Positions 19,667 to 28,738 of a DNA stretch of 64,000 bases are shown here, in pieces (the first letter of the stretch is position 1; each line of letters begins with the position of its first letter). A program made the position numbers and the translations under genes. The stretch spans positions 32,001-96,000 of IMG/VR virus record IMGVR_UViG_3300026097_000008. One strand, written 5' to 3'. Under the pieces are notes generated by a model that saw only the letters and a list, made by a program, of their open reading frames with translations, did no database searches and was not told where the DNA came from. This DNA is from a virus.

Positions 19667-22600
19667 TTATAACCCTGCAATTTCACCGGTATTTTTCAAG
19701 CGTAGTGGAATGTAAATAAATTCAACTGCCTTGACTGGTTCAATAGCAATGTCTAAGTATAGCTCATTACGGTCGATTCTGCTTGGAGTATTGTTTGACT
19801 CGTCACATACTACTAGGTAATCATATAGAGCTCTTTGACCAACTAGTTCAAGGAGTAAGCTTTCTGCTGCCTGCTTGATTTCGTCTCGTGTAATCTTATC
19901 GTTTGGTTCAAAGATATACGGCTTAGCAAGCTGATTCAATTGTGAACGTAAGTATATCACCAGTCGTGCTACGTTAATCCTATCTAGTGCGCTTGCACCT
20001 CTTGCACGAGTTTTCTGACCAAATGCAACTAAACCTGCACCACTTATAAACGTAATTGGGTTAATGTTGTTTTGATACAGTGTATCTCTTTGACCTTCAT
20101 TTAGTGCTACTGCTACAAATTCTCCTTCACTATTCAAATAGCCTGTTGAACTTGCATTTGTTATGCCGCCGCGTCTTGTGCCAGCTGGTGCAAACCATGG
20201 GAAGCTAACTTGATCGCTTAGTGCAATTGTTCGTAGCATCATGTGTGATGCTGGAACAACTACATTATTACCGAAGTTGTCACTTGTAAAGCCTGCTGGA
20301 TAAAATACACCTAAGTATTCATCTCTGCTTACAAGACCGTCGTCGTTATCTTCAACAGCAGCATTTACGTTTGTTGCCCATTCGTTTAATGAAGTAGCAT
20401 CTGGTGTTAGTCTTAGTGGACTATCACCAACAATAAATGCTGTCAAACCTCTATCAAAGTTTAAGCTAATCATTTCTCCAATCAGCTCTGGATAGCCCGG
20501 CGTTGCCATTAGATTAAACAATCTTGATTCGTCATCTCTAATATCATCATTGCTATTTACTGTAGCTTGTAGAGCTTGTACAACAACTTTACGTTGTGCC
20601 TTGCGTCCAAAGCTACCTGAACCATCTGCTTGATTGCCTGACTCAGTCACCCAACGGTGTGGGTAGTAAGACCCCATATCTTCGTCGCCGTTGCGAGCAT
20701 TATCTGCATTTAAGTTAATGTAGTTGCGCTCGAAACGTTTTACATTAAATCCGCTTCTACGTAAATTCCATAGCAACATACCTTTTGGATATAGTGCAGG
20801 ATCAGGTGCATCTGGATCTAGGTAGTCGCTAACTAACAGTTCAGCAATAGTTGCATCCGGTGCCGTTGTTGCTGAGCCGCCTGTATCACCATAACGTGCA
20901 TCTGCAAATAGTATACCGTTTTCTGTAGTTTGATCTGACTTGTCAATCGGTGTGCCCCACTTTTGTGCTGTTGTACCTGAAAGTGTTGCATTATAAACAT
21001 AAATTGTTGGATAGTTTTCAAGATCAGAAGTATCAATCCATATATCGCCTGTCACTAGTGGTGTGCCGTCGCTTTGTGCAGTTGGCATACTTGCTGCAAC
21101 AATAGGACCTTCTGGATCTGCATCAGCATATTCGTTTTGATAACCTTTCCAGCTAGTACCGTCATGTACCATAATATCAACTTCGTCAACTACACTGCTA
21201 TACCATAGCTGTCCATCTGCTGCTAAACTTGTGACTTCATTAGGACTCGCAGTGTAAGTTAGGTTGTTCCAATTACTTGCAATCAGCTGCTTAGGTGATG
21301 TTGCACTAGTTGTACCATCTTGATAATATAAATTTGCAGTCCACTGACTTTCGTCTACGGCTGCGTCTTTTGCTTGATAGCCTATTGCTGCTAACAATCC
21401 GTCTGTATCAGTAAGTTTGATTTCACCACCTAATGAGTGTGAAATAACAATTCTATTACTTGCATCTACACTTGCGCTAACGTTTGTAATATTAGCTGCG
21501 TTAATACCTGCTGCAATTGCTGTTGCATCTGCACTAGCACTACCTGTTGTGACCACAGTCACAGTATATGGTGTGCTGTATGCTGCGCTACCGTCGTCAG
21601 TTGCACTAATAGAAAACTGATTAGTGCCTGCTCCTGGAGCCGCTGATGTAATTGGATTACTTGCAATATTTGTGGCACCAATATTTGATCTTCTATACAA
21701 ACTAAATGTGACAAGTGGCTGCGTGTCATCTGCAACATTTGTTTTTGCATAGATATCGCCTACACTAAGATTAGCACCGCCGCCTGTAGGATCTAGTCCG
21801 TAAATAGCTGCTGCACTTGTACCATACAATGGAGCACTTTGTGAATCCCAAAGCAGTGTTTCTGCGTTCCAAAGTTTGACAGATAAATTTGCGCCTCTGT
21901 TTGGTGTTGTAGTTTTAAACCAAACACTTCCTGTAGGACGAGCACTAAATCCAGATGGTTGTCCTAGGCTTGTATCCGTAGTCTTCCATGCAGGAACACT
22001 TGTATGTGCGCTTATCTGTACAGCAGGTGGAAAATAAGTTCCTGCTGTAATGCCTACTAATGTCAAAGTTGCGGCTGTACCGCCAATCAAAATATCACCG
22101 CTTGCACTAGAATCTAGTGCTGCTGATCCTGTACCATCACTATAAATTTCTAAATAGCCGTCAACTGCTTCTGCTGTGACGCCTGTAATTAACGCATCGT
22201 TAATAGCAGTTGCTATAACTGAAACTGTGTCGCCTGTTGTGACACTAATTGAAGATCCGTTAATTTCAATGTTGCCTGCGTCAGCCCCAGTTGCTGTTGG
22301 ATTAGCAGCCGTTCCTTTGATAGTTGGCCAACTCTTTGTCCAATCATCGCCGCCAACTTCTACCCAAGTACCGCCTGTATTCTTGTACCAAAGTTTGTTT
22401 AGTGATGTTACTGCAACAACAGCATAACTTCCAACGGCACCTATTGAAGCTTTAGGAGTATAATCTGCACCTGCATAATCTACAACATCTGCTGTATCCG
22501 TTATAACCGTCGGCGTTTGAGTTGAAAATGTTTGACCACCAGTGGTGTTAATTCCTTCACCGTTCCATTCAAAAATACCATAAATCGAATCAGCTGTATC

Positions 22601-23011
22601 AAACCAATAAGTTCCTGCTGTTGGATTTGACGCTGGTTCTGTAGCACTTGGCTCTAGCTCGCCTAAATCGATGTCAGCCCTTACAACGTAGGCTCTGTTG
22701 CTTACGCCTAATAGTGAATAAGCAGCTTGTAAGCCATATTCATTTAATTCGCTACCATTAATTGGATTATTATTTGCGTCTACTTGGAATAATGGGTCTC
22801 CAAATGTGTCTGCTAAATCTCTTTGCGATGTAAGCAAATAAGGTGTGCCTGCATTAGCTGCTAGCGTCCCTTGTGCTGTTCCTGTGCCTGCTGCATTTGA
22901 TTTGTTTGAAGCAGTGGCAACAAAAATCATTGGTACGGTACCTGGTTCTGCTGGGGTATAGAACGACTCGTCTATTACGCTAACCTGTACTCCTGGTGAT
23001 GTCAATGCCAT
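19667..23011 (-). CDS. gp18: Contractile tail sheath protein (T4 gp18-like) with large internal insertion
   Basis: MALTSPGVQVSVIDES; C-terminal PWFAPAGTRRG, RDTLYQNNINPI, FGQKT, LDRINVARL, FEPND, PVKAVEFIYI; start ATG 23011 with SD AGGAG. Confidence 0.95.
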   Translation of the reverse strand: MALTSPGVQVSVIDESFYTPAEPGTVPMIFVATASNKSNAAGTGTAQGTLAANAGTPYLLTSQRDLADTFGDPLFQVDANNNPINGSELNEYGLQAAYSLLGVSNRAYVVRADIDLGELEPSATEPASNPTAGTYWFDTADSIYGIFEWNGEGINTTGGQTFSTQTPTVITDTADVVDYAGADYTPKASIGAVGSYAVVAVTSLNKLWYKNTGGTWVEVGGDDWTKSWPTIKGTAANPTATGADAGNIEINGSSISVTTGDTVSVIATAINDALITGVTAEAVDGYLEIYSDGTGSAALDSSASGDILIGGTAATLTLVGITAGTYFPPAVQISAHTSVPAWKTTDTSLGQPSGFSARPTGSVWFKTTTPNRGANLSVKLWNAETLLWDSQSAPLYGTSAAAIYGLDPTGGGANLSVGDIYAKTNVADDTQPLVTFSLYRRSNIGATNIASNPITSAAPGAGTNQFSISATDDGSAAYSTPYTVTVVTTGSASADATAIAAGINAANITNVSASVDASNRIVISHSLGGEIKLTDTDGLLAAIGYQAKDAAVDESQWTANLYYQDGTTSATSPKQLIASNWNNLTYTASPNEVTSLAADGQLWYSSVVDEVDIMVHDGTSWKGYQNEYADADPEGPIVAASMPTAQSDGTPLVTGDIWIDTSDLENYPTIYVYNATLSGTTAQKWGTPIDKSDQTTENGILFADARYGDTGGSATTAPDATIAELLVSDYLDPDAPDPALYPKGMLLWNLRRSGFNVKRFERNYINLNADNARNGDEDMGSYYPHRWVTESGNQADGSGSFGRKAQRKVVVQALQATVNSNDDIRDDESRLFNLMATPGYPELIGEMISLNFDRGLTAFIVGDSPLRLTPDATSLNEWATNVNAAVEDNDDGLVSRDEYLGVFYPAGFTSDNFGNNVVVPASHMMLRTIALSDQVSFPWFAPAGTRRGGITNASSTGYLNSEGEFVAVALNEGQRDTLYQNNINPITFISGAGLVAFGQKTRARGASALDRINVARLVIYLRSQLNQLAKPYIFEPNDKITRDEIKQAAESLLLELVGQRALYDYLVVCDESNNTPSRIDRNELYLDIAIEPVKAVEFIYIPLRLKNTGEIAGL

Positions 23012-23049
23012 TATAGTTCTCCTGTTGGAAATGATATTTTTATTACTTG

Positions 23050-23119
23050 TATTTAGCATGTAGTGAACAAAAATGTGTTATAAACCACCACAAAAAGGGA
23101 TCGAAAAGGTGACTAAATA
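23050..23119. promoter_or_regulatory. Divergent late promoters for sheath (GCTAAATA, -, 23050-23057) and HNH gene (ACTAAATA, +, 23112-23119)
   Basis: TAAATA core motif on each strand. Confidence 0.55.
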
Positions 23120-23123
23120 CGAT

Positions 23124-23459
23124 ATGAGACCATTATGCAAATGCGGACAGCGTCCGGCAGCTATAAATTATAAAAAAGGAAACAGAATTTATTATCGTAA
23201 ACTGTGCGAAAAATGTTTACGTAATGGTCTAGGATCGGGAGTACCTAAATGGAAACAGTCCGGATACGAAAAAAAGAATATTTGTGAAAAATGTGGATTC
23301 AAATCTAAACACAGCGAACAATTCAATGTATTTCATATAGACGGAGACTTGAACAATTGTCGCCCGTCTAATCTAAAGACAGTTTGTGCAAATTGTCAGC
23401 GTATTATGCAGAAAGAAGGTGTTCTTTGGAAACAGGGAGATCTAGTTCCTGATTTTTAA
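23124..23459 (+). CDS. Zinc-finger HNH-like protein
   Basis: CKC, CEKC, CEKC, HIDGDLNNCRPSNLKTVCANC; start reassigned to ATG 23124. Confidence 0.7.
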   Translation: MRPLCKCGQRPAAINYKKGNRIYYRKLCEKCLRNGLGSGVPKWKQSGYEKKNICEKCGFKSKHSEQFNVFHIDGDLNNCRPSNLKTVCANCQRIMQKEGVLWKQGDLVPDF

Positions 23460-23949
23460 AGATAGTACTCATTAAGACGTACACATTAAATTTAAGTCTA
23501 TCTAGGTCACCATTGTTGTCAATCGTATAATCACACATCCATTGCTCGATGCTCATTGAATTAGGATCTTCAGCAGGCAAGTAATCACAACGATCTACCC
23601 AAATAGCATAATCAAAAATTTCTTCATTTTGCATTGCAAAGAATTCACGCTTATTGCGTAGTCCGCAGTAAATATCGTGTTCTGCAAACAAGTTTCTCCC
23701 AAGGCGTGCTAGATCATCGCTACAATAATCGTGAATCATATTATACCATTCAGTACGATGATTGTGCCTGTCTGCATAACATTCTTCTTCGTCTGCATAA
23801 CCGTACTTGTCCTTTAGTTCATCAAAGATAAACAGCTCTGAACAAAATTTAGACGATGATTGAAATGTATAACCATATGCTTCTAACATCTCGCATACAG
23901 TATCTTTGCCGTGACGGCCGTGGCCTACTATTAGTAGCTTTGGTAACAT
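23404..23949 (-). CDS. Deoxynucleoside monophosphate kinase-like P-loop protein (T4 gp1-like)
   Basis: LIVGHGRHGKDT, GLRNKRE, DYTIDNNGDL; SD AGGAG. Confidence 0.7.
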   Translation of the reverse strand: MLPKLLIVGHGRHGKDTVCEMLEAYGYTFQSSSKFCSELFIFDELKDKYGYADEEECYADRHNHRTEWYNMIHDYCSDDLARLGRNLFAEHDIYCGLRNKREFFAMQNEEIFDYAIWVDRCDYLPAEDPNSMSIEQWMCDYTIDNNGDLDRLKFNVYVLMSTIFKNQELDLPVSKEHLLSA

Positions 23950-23971
23950 ACAAACTCCTATATAATTTACT

Positions 23972-23999
23972 ATTATAACATATTAGCGTTGGCTGTCAA
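23972..23999 (-). promoter_or_regulatory. Consensus sigma70 promoter (early) for the kinase
   Basis: TTGACA-16 bp-TATAAT with extended -10 TG. Confidence 0.8.
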
Positions 24000-24198
24000 G
24001 TATTTTTTTAGCTTCTCGTTCTTTCCAGGCTGCTTCAAAGCCTATTGCATGTATATGTGCTTCATGATTGCCCCATAAGCGAGCAAAATAACTATCGTAA
24101 GTTTTTTTAATGTCTTCTTCTTTCCATGATTCCGGAATAAGCTGGCCTTTTACCATCCAGTATAAACGGTTTGCTTCTTTGAGTTGAAATTGTGTCAT
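23983..24198 (-). CDS. Hypothetical protein
   Basis: 71-aa ORF; AGTAAATA 5 nt upstream of ATG. Confidence 0.65.
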   Translation of the reverse strand: MTQFQLKEANRLYWMVKGQLIPESWKEEDIKKTYDSYFARLWGNHEAHIHAIGFEAAWKEREAKKILDSQR

Positions 24199-24236
24199 GC
24201 TAATATTTACTGTATAGTAAAATTATAGCGTTAACA

Positions 24237-25223
24237 TTAGCCTATAGTAAAGCCATATCCTGTGCCGCCAGCAACTGCTAGGCTTACTTCGTTTTCTAGC
24301 TTTTCCATTTCGCCCTGAGCTTCGGCTTTTAGACTGGAACCATTTAAACTTGTACCGCCTTGTGGCCCTGCAATAGTAGCAAATTTTTCTCTTGCTTCTC
24401 CTAGCATATATTTACAGCTTGCAAGTGTGTAATCTTTAATCCATTGTTTTGCCATATAGTCATCTAAAAGACTTAGATCAGGTCTATAGTTATAACAATA
24501 AAGCATAATAGTTTCTTCTGCTCTAGGACGCTGCAACAGAGTAAGTTTTTTACTAGTGGTATTCCATTTAAATTCTATAAAACTTCCGAACATACGTCCT
24601 ACTAATTCTTGATACTGGCTAAAGAAGTCATAGGTTGCAAGTCCGCCCATGCTTGAACTTGAAAGTAGATATGCATTTGTATACGCTAGGTTAAAAGGAT
24701 CAAATAAACTGCCGCCGCCACTTTCGCCCGAAGCATATAATTTTACAGATATAACATCTCCAGGAGTTTGTGGACTAGTAAATGTTATTGTTCTTTGTGT
24801 AGTATCAGTTGCGTATTGTGTAGTAGCATTACCATTTACTTCTACTACAATTGTGTCTACAGCTAAAAGATTATAATTTACTGTAAAAGTTTGATTTTGA
24901 CTTTGTGTGACTGTATATGTTTGGGAGTATAGTGGTCCTCCGCTAGCACTTGTACTAGGTCTTGATCCTATACTTCGACGAAAGATTTTTCTAACTTCTA
25001 CAACTTCATTAGGTAATGTGTATTCATTTTGATCTATAACAGTTTCCATAAACAAATATGATTCTTCTACGGAATTATCACTACGTTGTCTATACCGTGT
25101 TAGAGCTTTTGTAAGTGCAGTTTCATAATGAACTGGATCTAATTCAACGTCGACCATGCCGCCGCCTAGTAGTGCATAAACATAATCATATACTTCTTGC
25201 TTTTTTGTCTGTAAATCTGCCAT
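24237..25223 (-). CDS. gp13: Neck protein (T4 gp13-like) with inserted beta-rich domain
   Basis: LGGGMVDVEL, WIKDYTLA, KFATIAGPQGGTSLNG, C-terminal FTIG; start ATG 25223 with SD GGAG. Confidence 0.8.
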   Translation of the reverse strand: MADLQTKKQEVYDYVYALLGGGMVDVELDPVHYETALTKALTRYRQRSDNSVEESYLFMETVIDQNEYTLPNEVVEVRKIFRRSIGSRPSTSASGGPLYSQTYTVTQSQNQTFTVNYNLLAVDTIVVEVNGNATTQYATDTTQRTITFTSPQTPGDVISVKLYASGESGGGSLFDPFNLAYTNAYLLSSSSMGGLATYDFFSQYQELVGRMFGSFIEFKWNTTSKKLTLLQRPRAEETIMLYCYNYRPDLSLLDDYMAKQWIKDYTLASCKYMLGEAREKFATIAGPQGGTSLNGSSLKAEAQGEMEKLENEVSLAVAGGTGYGFTIG

Positions 25224-25240
25224 AGAGTTTCTCCGTACAG

Positions 25241-25261
25241 TATTTATGTTAACGATAAATA
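25241..25261. promoter_or_regulatory. Back-to-back divergent late promoters for the neck genes
   Basis: TATTTAT-GTTAACG-ATAAATA. Confidence 0.7.
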
Positions 25262-25266
25262 TGTAT

Positions 25267-26403
25267 ATGCCAAGACTATCATTATATAAACCAGAACGCG
25301 GCAACGACTACGCATTTATAGACAAGCAAGTTCTTGAGATGTTTACTGTTGGCGGAACTGACATACACGTACACAAGTACCTAGGAACAGAAAATCCTAG
25401 CGATGCTGATGCAACAGCCGATCAACCACAATACGATGCTGTTGCAACAACTAATATACAAGACCTGTTATTTTTAGAAAATAGGGATAGAAAATACGAT
25501 CCTGACGTATACACAATGCGTGGTATCTATAATGTATCAGACATAGATTTTGATCTTAGTGCGTTTGGTATGTTTCTTAGTAATGATACACTATTTTTAA
25601 CAATACACATCAATAGTTCAGTTAAAACTCTTGGCAGAAAAATTATTTCAGGCGATGTAGTTGAGCTACCGCATTTAAAAGACGAATATGCACTTAATGA
25701 TTACAGTGTGGCACTCAAAAGATTTTATGTTGTAGAAGATGTTAATCGTGCAGCAGAAGGATTTAGTCAAACTTGGTATCCGCACTTGTACAGATTAAAA
25801 CTAAAACAAATTGTTGACAGTCAAGAATTCAAAGAAATACTGGATCTACCTGCAGAAGAAGATGTGCCAGGTGGTAATACATTACGCGATTTGCTTTCTA
25901 CCTACGACAAAGAAATGCAGATCAATAACGCTGTAATTGCACAAGCAGAAGCAGACAGTGCAAAGGCAGGCTACGATACTAGTCATTACTTTAGTTTACA
26001 GCTAGATGAAAATGGCAATACACAGGTACAAGACACCGATTCAGATGGATTGCCAGATGAAATGACTAGTGTAGATAGGGAAGGTTATAACGGATACTTG
26101 TTAGGAGACGGTATTCCAACAAATGGTGCACCATTTGGGCACGGCATTCAATTTCCTAGTGTAGTTGAAACAGGAGATTACTTCCTAAGAACAGACTTTG
26201 CTCCTACAAGACTGTTTAGATATGACGGGAATCGTTGGGTGAAACAAGAAGACAATGTGCGTATGACGCTAAGTAATACAAACACAAGAAGTACACAAAA
26301 AGGTACGTTTGTTAACAATACAAATACAAGTGAAATTGGCGGCGAGTCAACGGAAGAGCGTCAAAGTTTAAGTCAAGCACTAAGACCTAAGGCAGATAAC
26401 TGA
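25267..26403 (+). CDS. gp14: Neck/head-closure protein (T4 gp14-like)
   Basis: DLLFLENRDRKY, DLSAFG, GDVVELP, FYVVEDV; divergent from gp13-like gene; start MPRLSLY at 25267. Confidence 0.65.
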   Translation: MPRLSLYKPERGNDYAFIDKQVLEMFTVGGTDIHVHKYLGTENPSDADATADQPQYDAVATTNIQDLLFLENRDRKYDPDVYTMRGIYNVSDIDFDLSAFGMFLSNDTLFLTIHINSSVKTLGRKIISGDVVELPHLKDEYALNDYSVALKRFYVVEDVNRAAEGFSQTWYPHLYRLKLKQIVDSQEFKEILDLPAEEDVPGGNTLRDLLSTYDKEMQINNAVIAQAEADSAKAGYDTSHYFSLQLDENGNTQVQDTDSDGLPDEMTSVDREGYNGYLLGDGIPTNGAPFGHGIQFPSVVETGDYFLRTDFAPTRLFRYDGNRWVKQEDNVRMTLSNTNTRSTQKGTFVNNTNTSEIGGESTEERQSLSQALRPKADN

Positions 26404-27590
26404 TGAGATATAAAGATTTAAAAATCGTAGAGCAAATACTTATTGAACAGCCAACACAAATGTGTAGGATGCTTAAACGGGCTGCAAAAGAAAAAGATCG
26501 TGTTAATATGAATCTTGCAATTAGCACTAGAGACAATTATTTAAAATCTTATCCTCAACATACAGATTATTTAATGAGTTGTTCTGCAGGTATGGGTACA
26601 GGTGTAGGCAACGGCACTGGTACAGGAGATGTCGGTGACGGCACAGGTACAGGTAAGGACGGATTTGGTCCAGGCAAGGGAGATTCAGGTTTAGGTACAG
26701 GCGACAGTCAAGGACCAGGCAGCGGCACAGTGCCAGGATCTCCGGGTGACGGTGCAGGCCAAGGAGACCGTGCAGGTTCGGGCGAAGGTCCTAGCGAAGG
26801 TCCAGGTAAACCGGAAGGATCAGAGGACGGCGCAGGTGCAGCAGAAACTCAAAGAAAAGTGGATGAAGTAGAGCAAGCAATTCAAGATGGCGACTATCAA
26901 GGTGCCAAAGATATTATTGAAAATAATCCAGATGTTGCAGAAGCAATGCCTGATAGCCTCGAACAAGCAATTGATGATTTAATCATAGCTCAAGAACAAA
27001 AACAAGAAGCTGAACGTCGACGAGAAGAGGCTGAAACTAAACGCAAAGAACAAGAAGAAAAAGCTAGAGAAGCTGAAGAAGAACGGGAAGCAGCAGAACA
27101 AAGAGCTACAGAAGCACGTGAGCAAGAAGCTAGAGAGCGCGAGGCTAAAGAGCGCAGAGCTAAACAAGAAGAACGCGAAGCTGCAGAACGTGAAGCAGAA
27201 GCAAGGCGCGAACAAGAAGAAGAAGCTCGTAAAGCTGAAAAAGCGGCTGCTGAAGCTGAGCGTAAGAGACGTGAAGAAGCTGAGCGAAGAGCAGAAGAGG
27301 AGGCAGAACGCAAAGCTGCTGAAGAAGCTCGCAAGAAACGTGAAGAAGCTGAGGAAAAACGTAAAGCGGAAGAAGCTCGCAAGAAACGTGAAGAAGCTGA
27401 ACGTGCAAGAAAAGAAGCTGAACGTGCAGAGCGTGAAAGAGAAGCGGCTGAGCAAGCACGTAAAGAAGCAGAAGAAGCAGCTCGCAGAGAAGAAGAACGC
27501 AGACAAAAAGAAACTCCACCAGCAGAACAACCAGGACAGGGTGGTAGCGATCAAGATGTTATTATTATTGACGAGCCATGGGAAGACTAA
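26403..27590 (+). CDS. Protein with Gly-rich segment and long E/R/K/A single-alpha-helix (TolA-like) region
   Basis: GxG repeats ~26588-26830; ~170 aa charged helix ~26990-27510; N-terminus MRYKDLKIVEQILIEQ. Confidence 0.75.
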   Translation: MRYKDLKIVEQILIEQPTQMCRMLKRAAKEKDRVNMNLAISTRDNYLKSYPQHTDYLMSCSAGMGTGVGNGTGTGDVGDGTGTGKDGFGPGKGDSGLGTGDSQGPGSGTVPGSPGDGAGQGDRAGSGEGPSEGPGKPEGSEDGAGAAETQRKVDEVEQAIQDGDYQGAKDIIENNPDVAEAMPDSLEQAIDDLIIAQEQKQEAERRREEAETKRKEQEEKAREAEEEREAAEQRATEAREQEAREREAKERRAKQEEREAAEREAEARREQEEEARKAEKAAAEAERKRREEAERRAEEEAERKAAEEARKKREEAEEKRKAEEARKKREEAERARKEAERAEREREAAEQARKEAEEAARREEERRQKETPPAEQPGQGGSDQDVIIIDEPWED

Positions 27591-28738
27591 TGAAACTAAG
27601 AGATTTATTAAGAGAACAAGAAGAGCCGCAAGCTTATAGAGTAGCTATAGAATTAGATAGTGGTACTATAGTTCTTACTGTGCCTATTCCTATGACGGCT
27701 TTACAACGAGAAGACATAGAAGAAAGACTGAAAGCGTACATAGAGAAACATAAAGCTACATATAATATCGATGACACTTCTTTTAGTGTATGGTATCCAG
27801 TAGACGATGAAAATAACAAAGTAGAATTACCAGATGTAGATCTGCCTGACGTAGAAATTACAGAGCCATCTGATGTCGGCACCAAGGAGCCGAAACGTAA
27901 TGTTGCTACTCCGGGAGAGTCAGATCCTGTAGAAGAGCCAGAAGCTCAGAAGCCTGAAGCAGAGCCTGAAGTGCGTTCGTCGGGCGGTGTAAGATATGTC
28001 TCGCAAATGCAATCTTGGGCTGAACGATATAATAGAAATAATGACAATCAATGGCCACGTATGAATGGATACGGTGATCTTGTTGACGAAGAAGGTAATG
28101 TAGTAGGATCTATTGATGATGTGGTAGAGGATAATCCAGAATTACTAGGTCGTGCGCCACAGGATGAGCGCACTCAACAAATTTTACAAGGTGACGATGA
28201 CGGCGACGGTATAATAGACGATACAGGAGAGCCTGTTAAAATCCAAACAGATATGTATGATATACCTGATGCCAGCGACATACAACGGGCAAGAGAGTTT
28301 CAAGCAGAAGTAGACGCAAAATTTGGTGGCGGTGCCGATGGAGACACAGGTGACGAAGGTGTTAGCGGAGAAGAAGGTGCTGTCACAGGCGAGCAACGAG
28401 CAGAAATACCTAGTATTATTGAAGAATTAAGAGATGCAATGCAGGGACCGGGCACAAGTGAAGGTCAAATGATAGATGCATTAAAAAGAATTGGATCTCC
28501 TGCTCATCTAGAAGCTGTTGTACAAATGTACAGACAAGAGTACGGCGATAGCTTGCCGCAAGATATGATAGACGAGTTTAAATACGATCTAGGAGGTAAT
28601 AATGCAGCACAGGTTGAAGAAATTAACCGTGTGATGCGTCCGTTAGGCTGGGAAATAGTGGGTATGAGATATTCTACAATGAGATGGCAAAAAATTCCCG
28701 GAGTTGAAGTTGAAATCACGCCAGCAGGTGAAGAATAA
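27590..28738 (+). CDS. Acidic protein with C-terminal annexin-like repeat
   Basis: Start MKLRDLLRE (TAATG overlap); EELRDAMQGPGTSEGQMIDALKRI...VVQMYRQEYGDSLPQDMIDEF. Confidence 0.7.
   Translation: MKLRDLLREQEEPQAYRVAIELDSGTIVLTVPIPMTALQREDIEERLKAYIEKHKATYNIDDTSFSVWYPVDDENNKVELPDVDLPDVEITEPSDVGTKEPKRNVATPGESDPVEEPEAQKPEAEPEVRSSGGVRYVSQMQSWAERYNRNNDNQWPRMNGYGDLVDEEGNVVGSIDDVVEDNPELLGRAPQDERTQQILQGDDDGDGIIDDTGEPVKIQTDMYDIPDASDIQRAREFQAEVDAKFGGGADGDTGDEGVSGEEGAVTGEQRAEIPSIIEELRDAMQGPGTSEGQMIDALKRIGSPAHLEAVVQMYRQEYGDSLPQDMIDEFKYDLGGNNAAQVEEINRVMRPLGWEIVGMRYSTMRWQKIPGVEVEITPAGEE

Noticed and set aside
26979-27639. Overlapping F/S/L-rich and K/L-rich ORFs
   Set aside because: Shadow frames of the low-complexity GAA/GCT-rich helix gene
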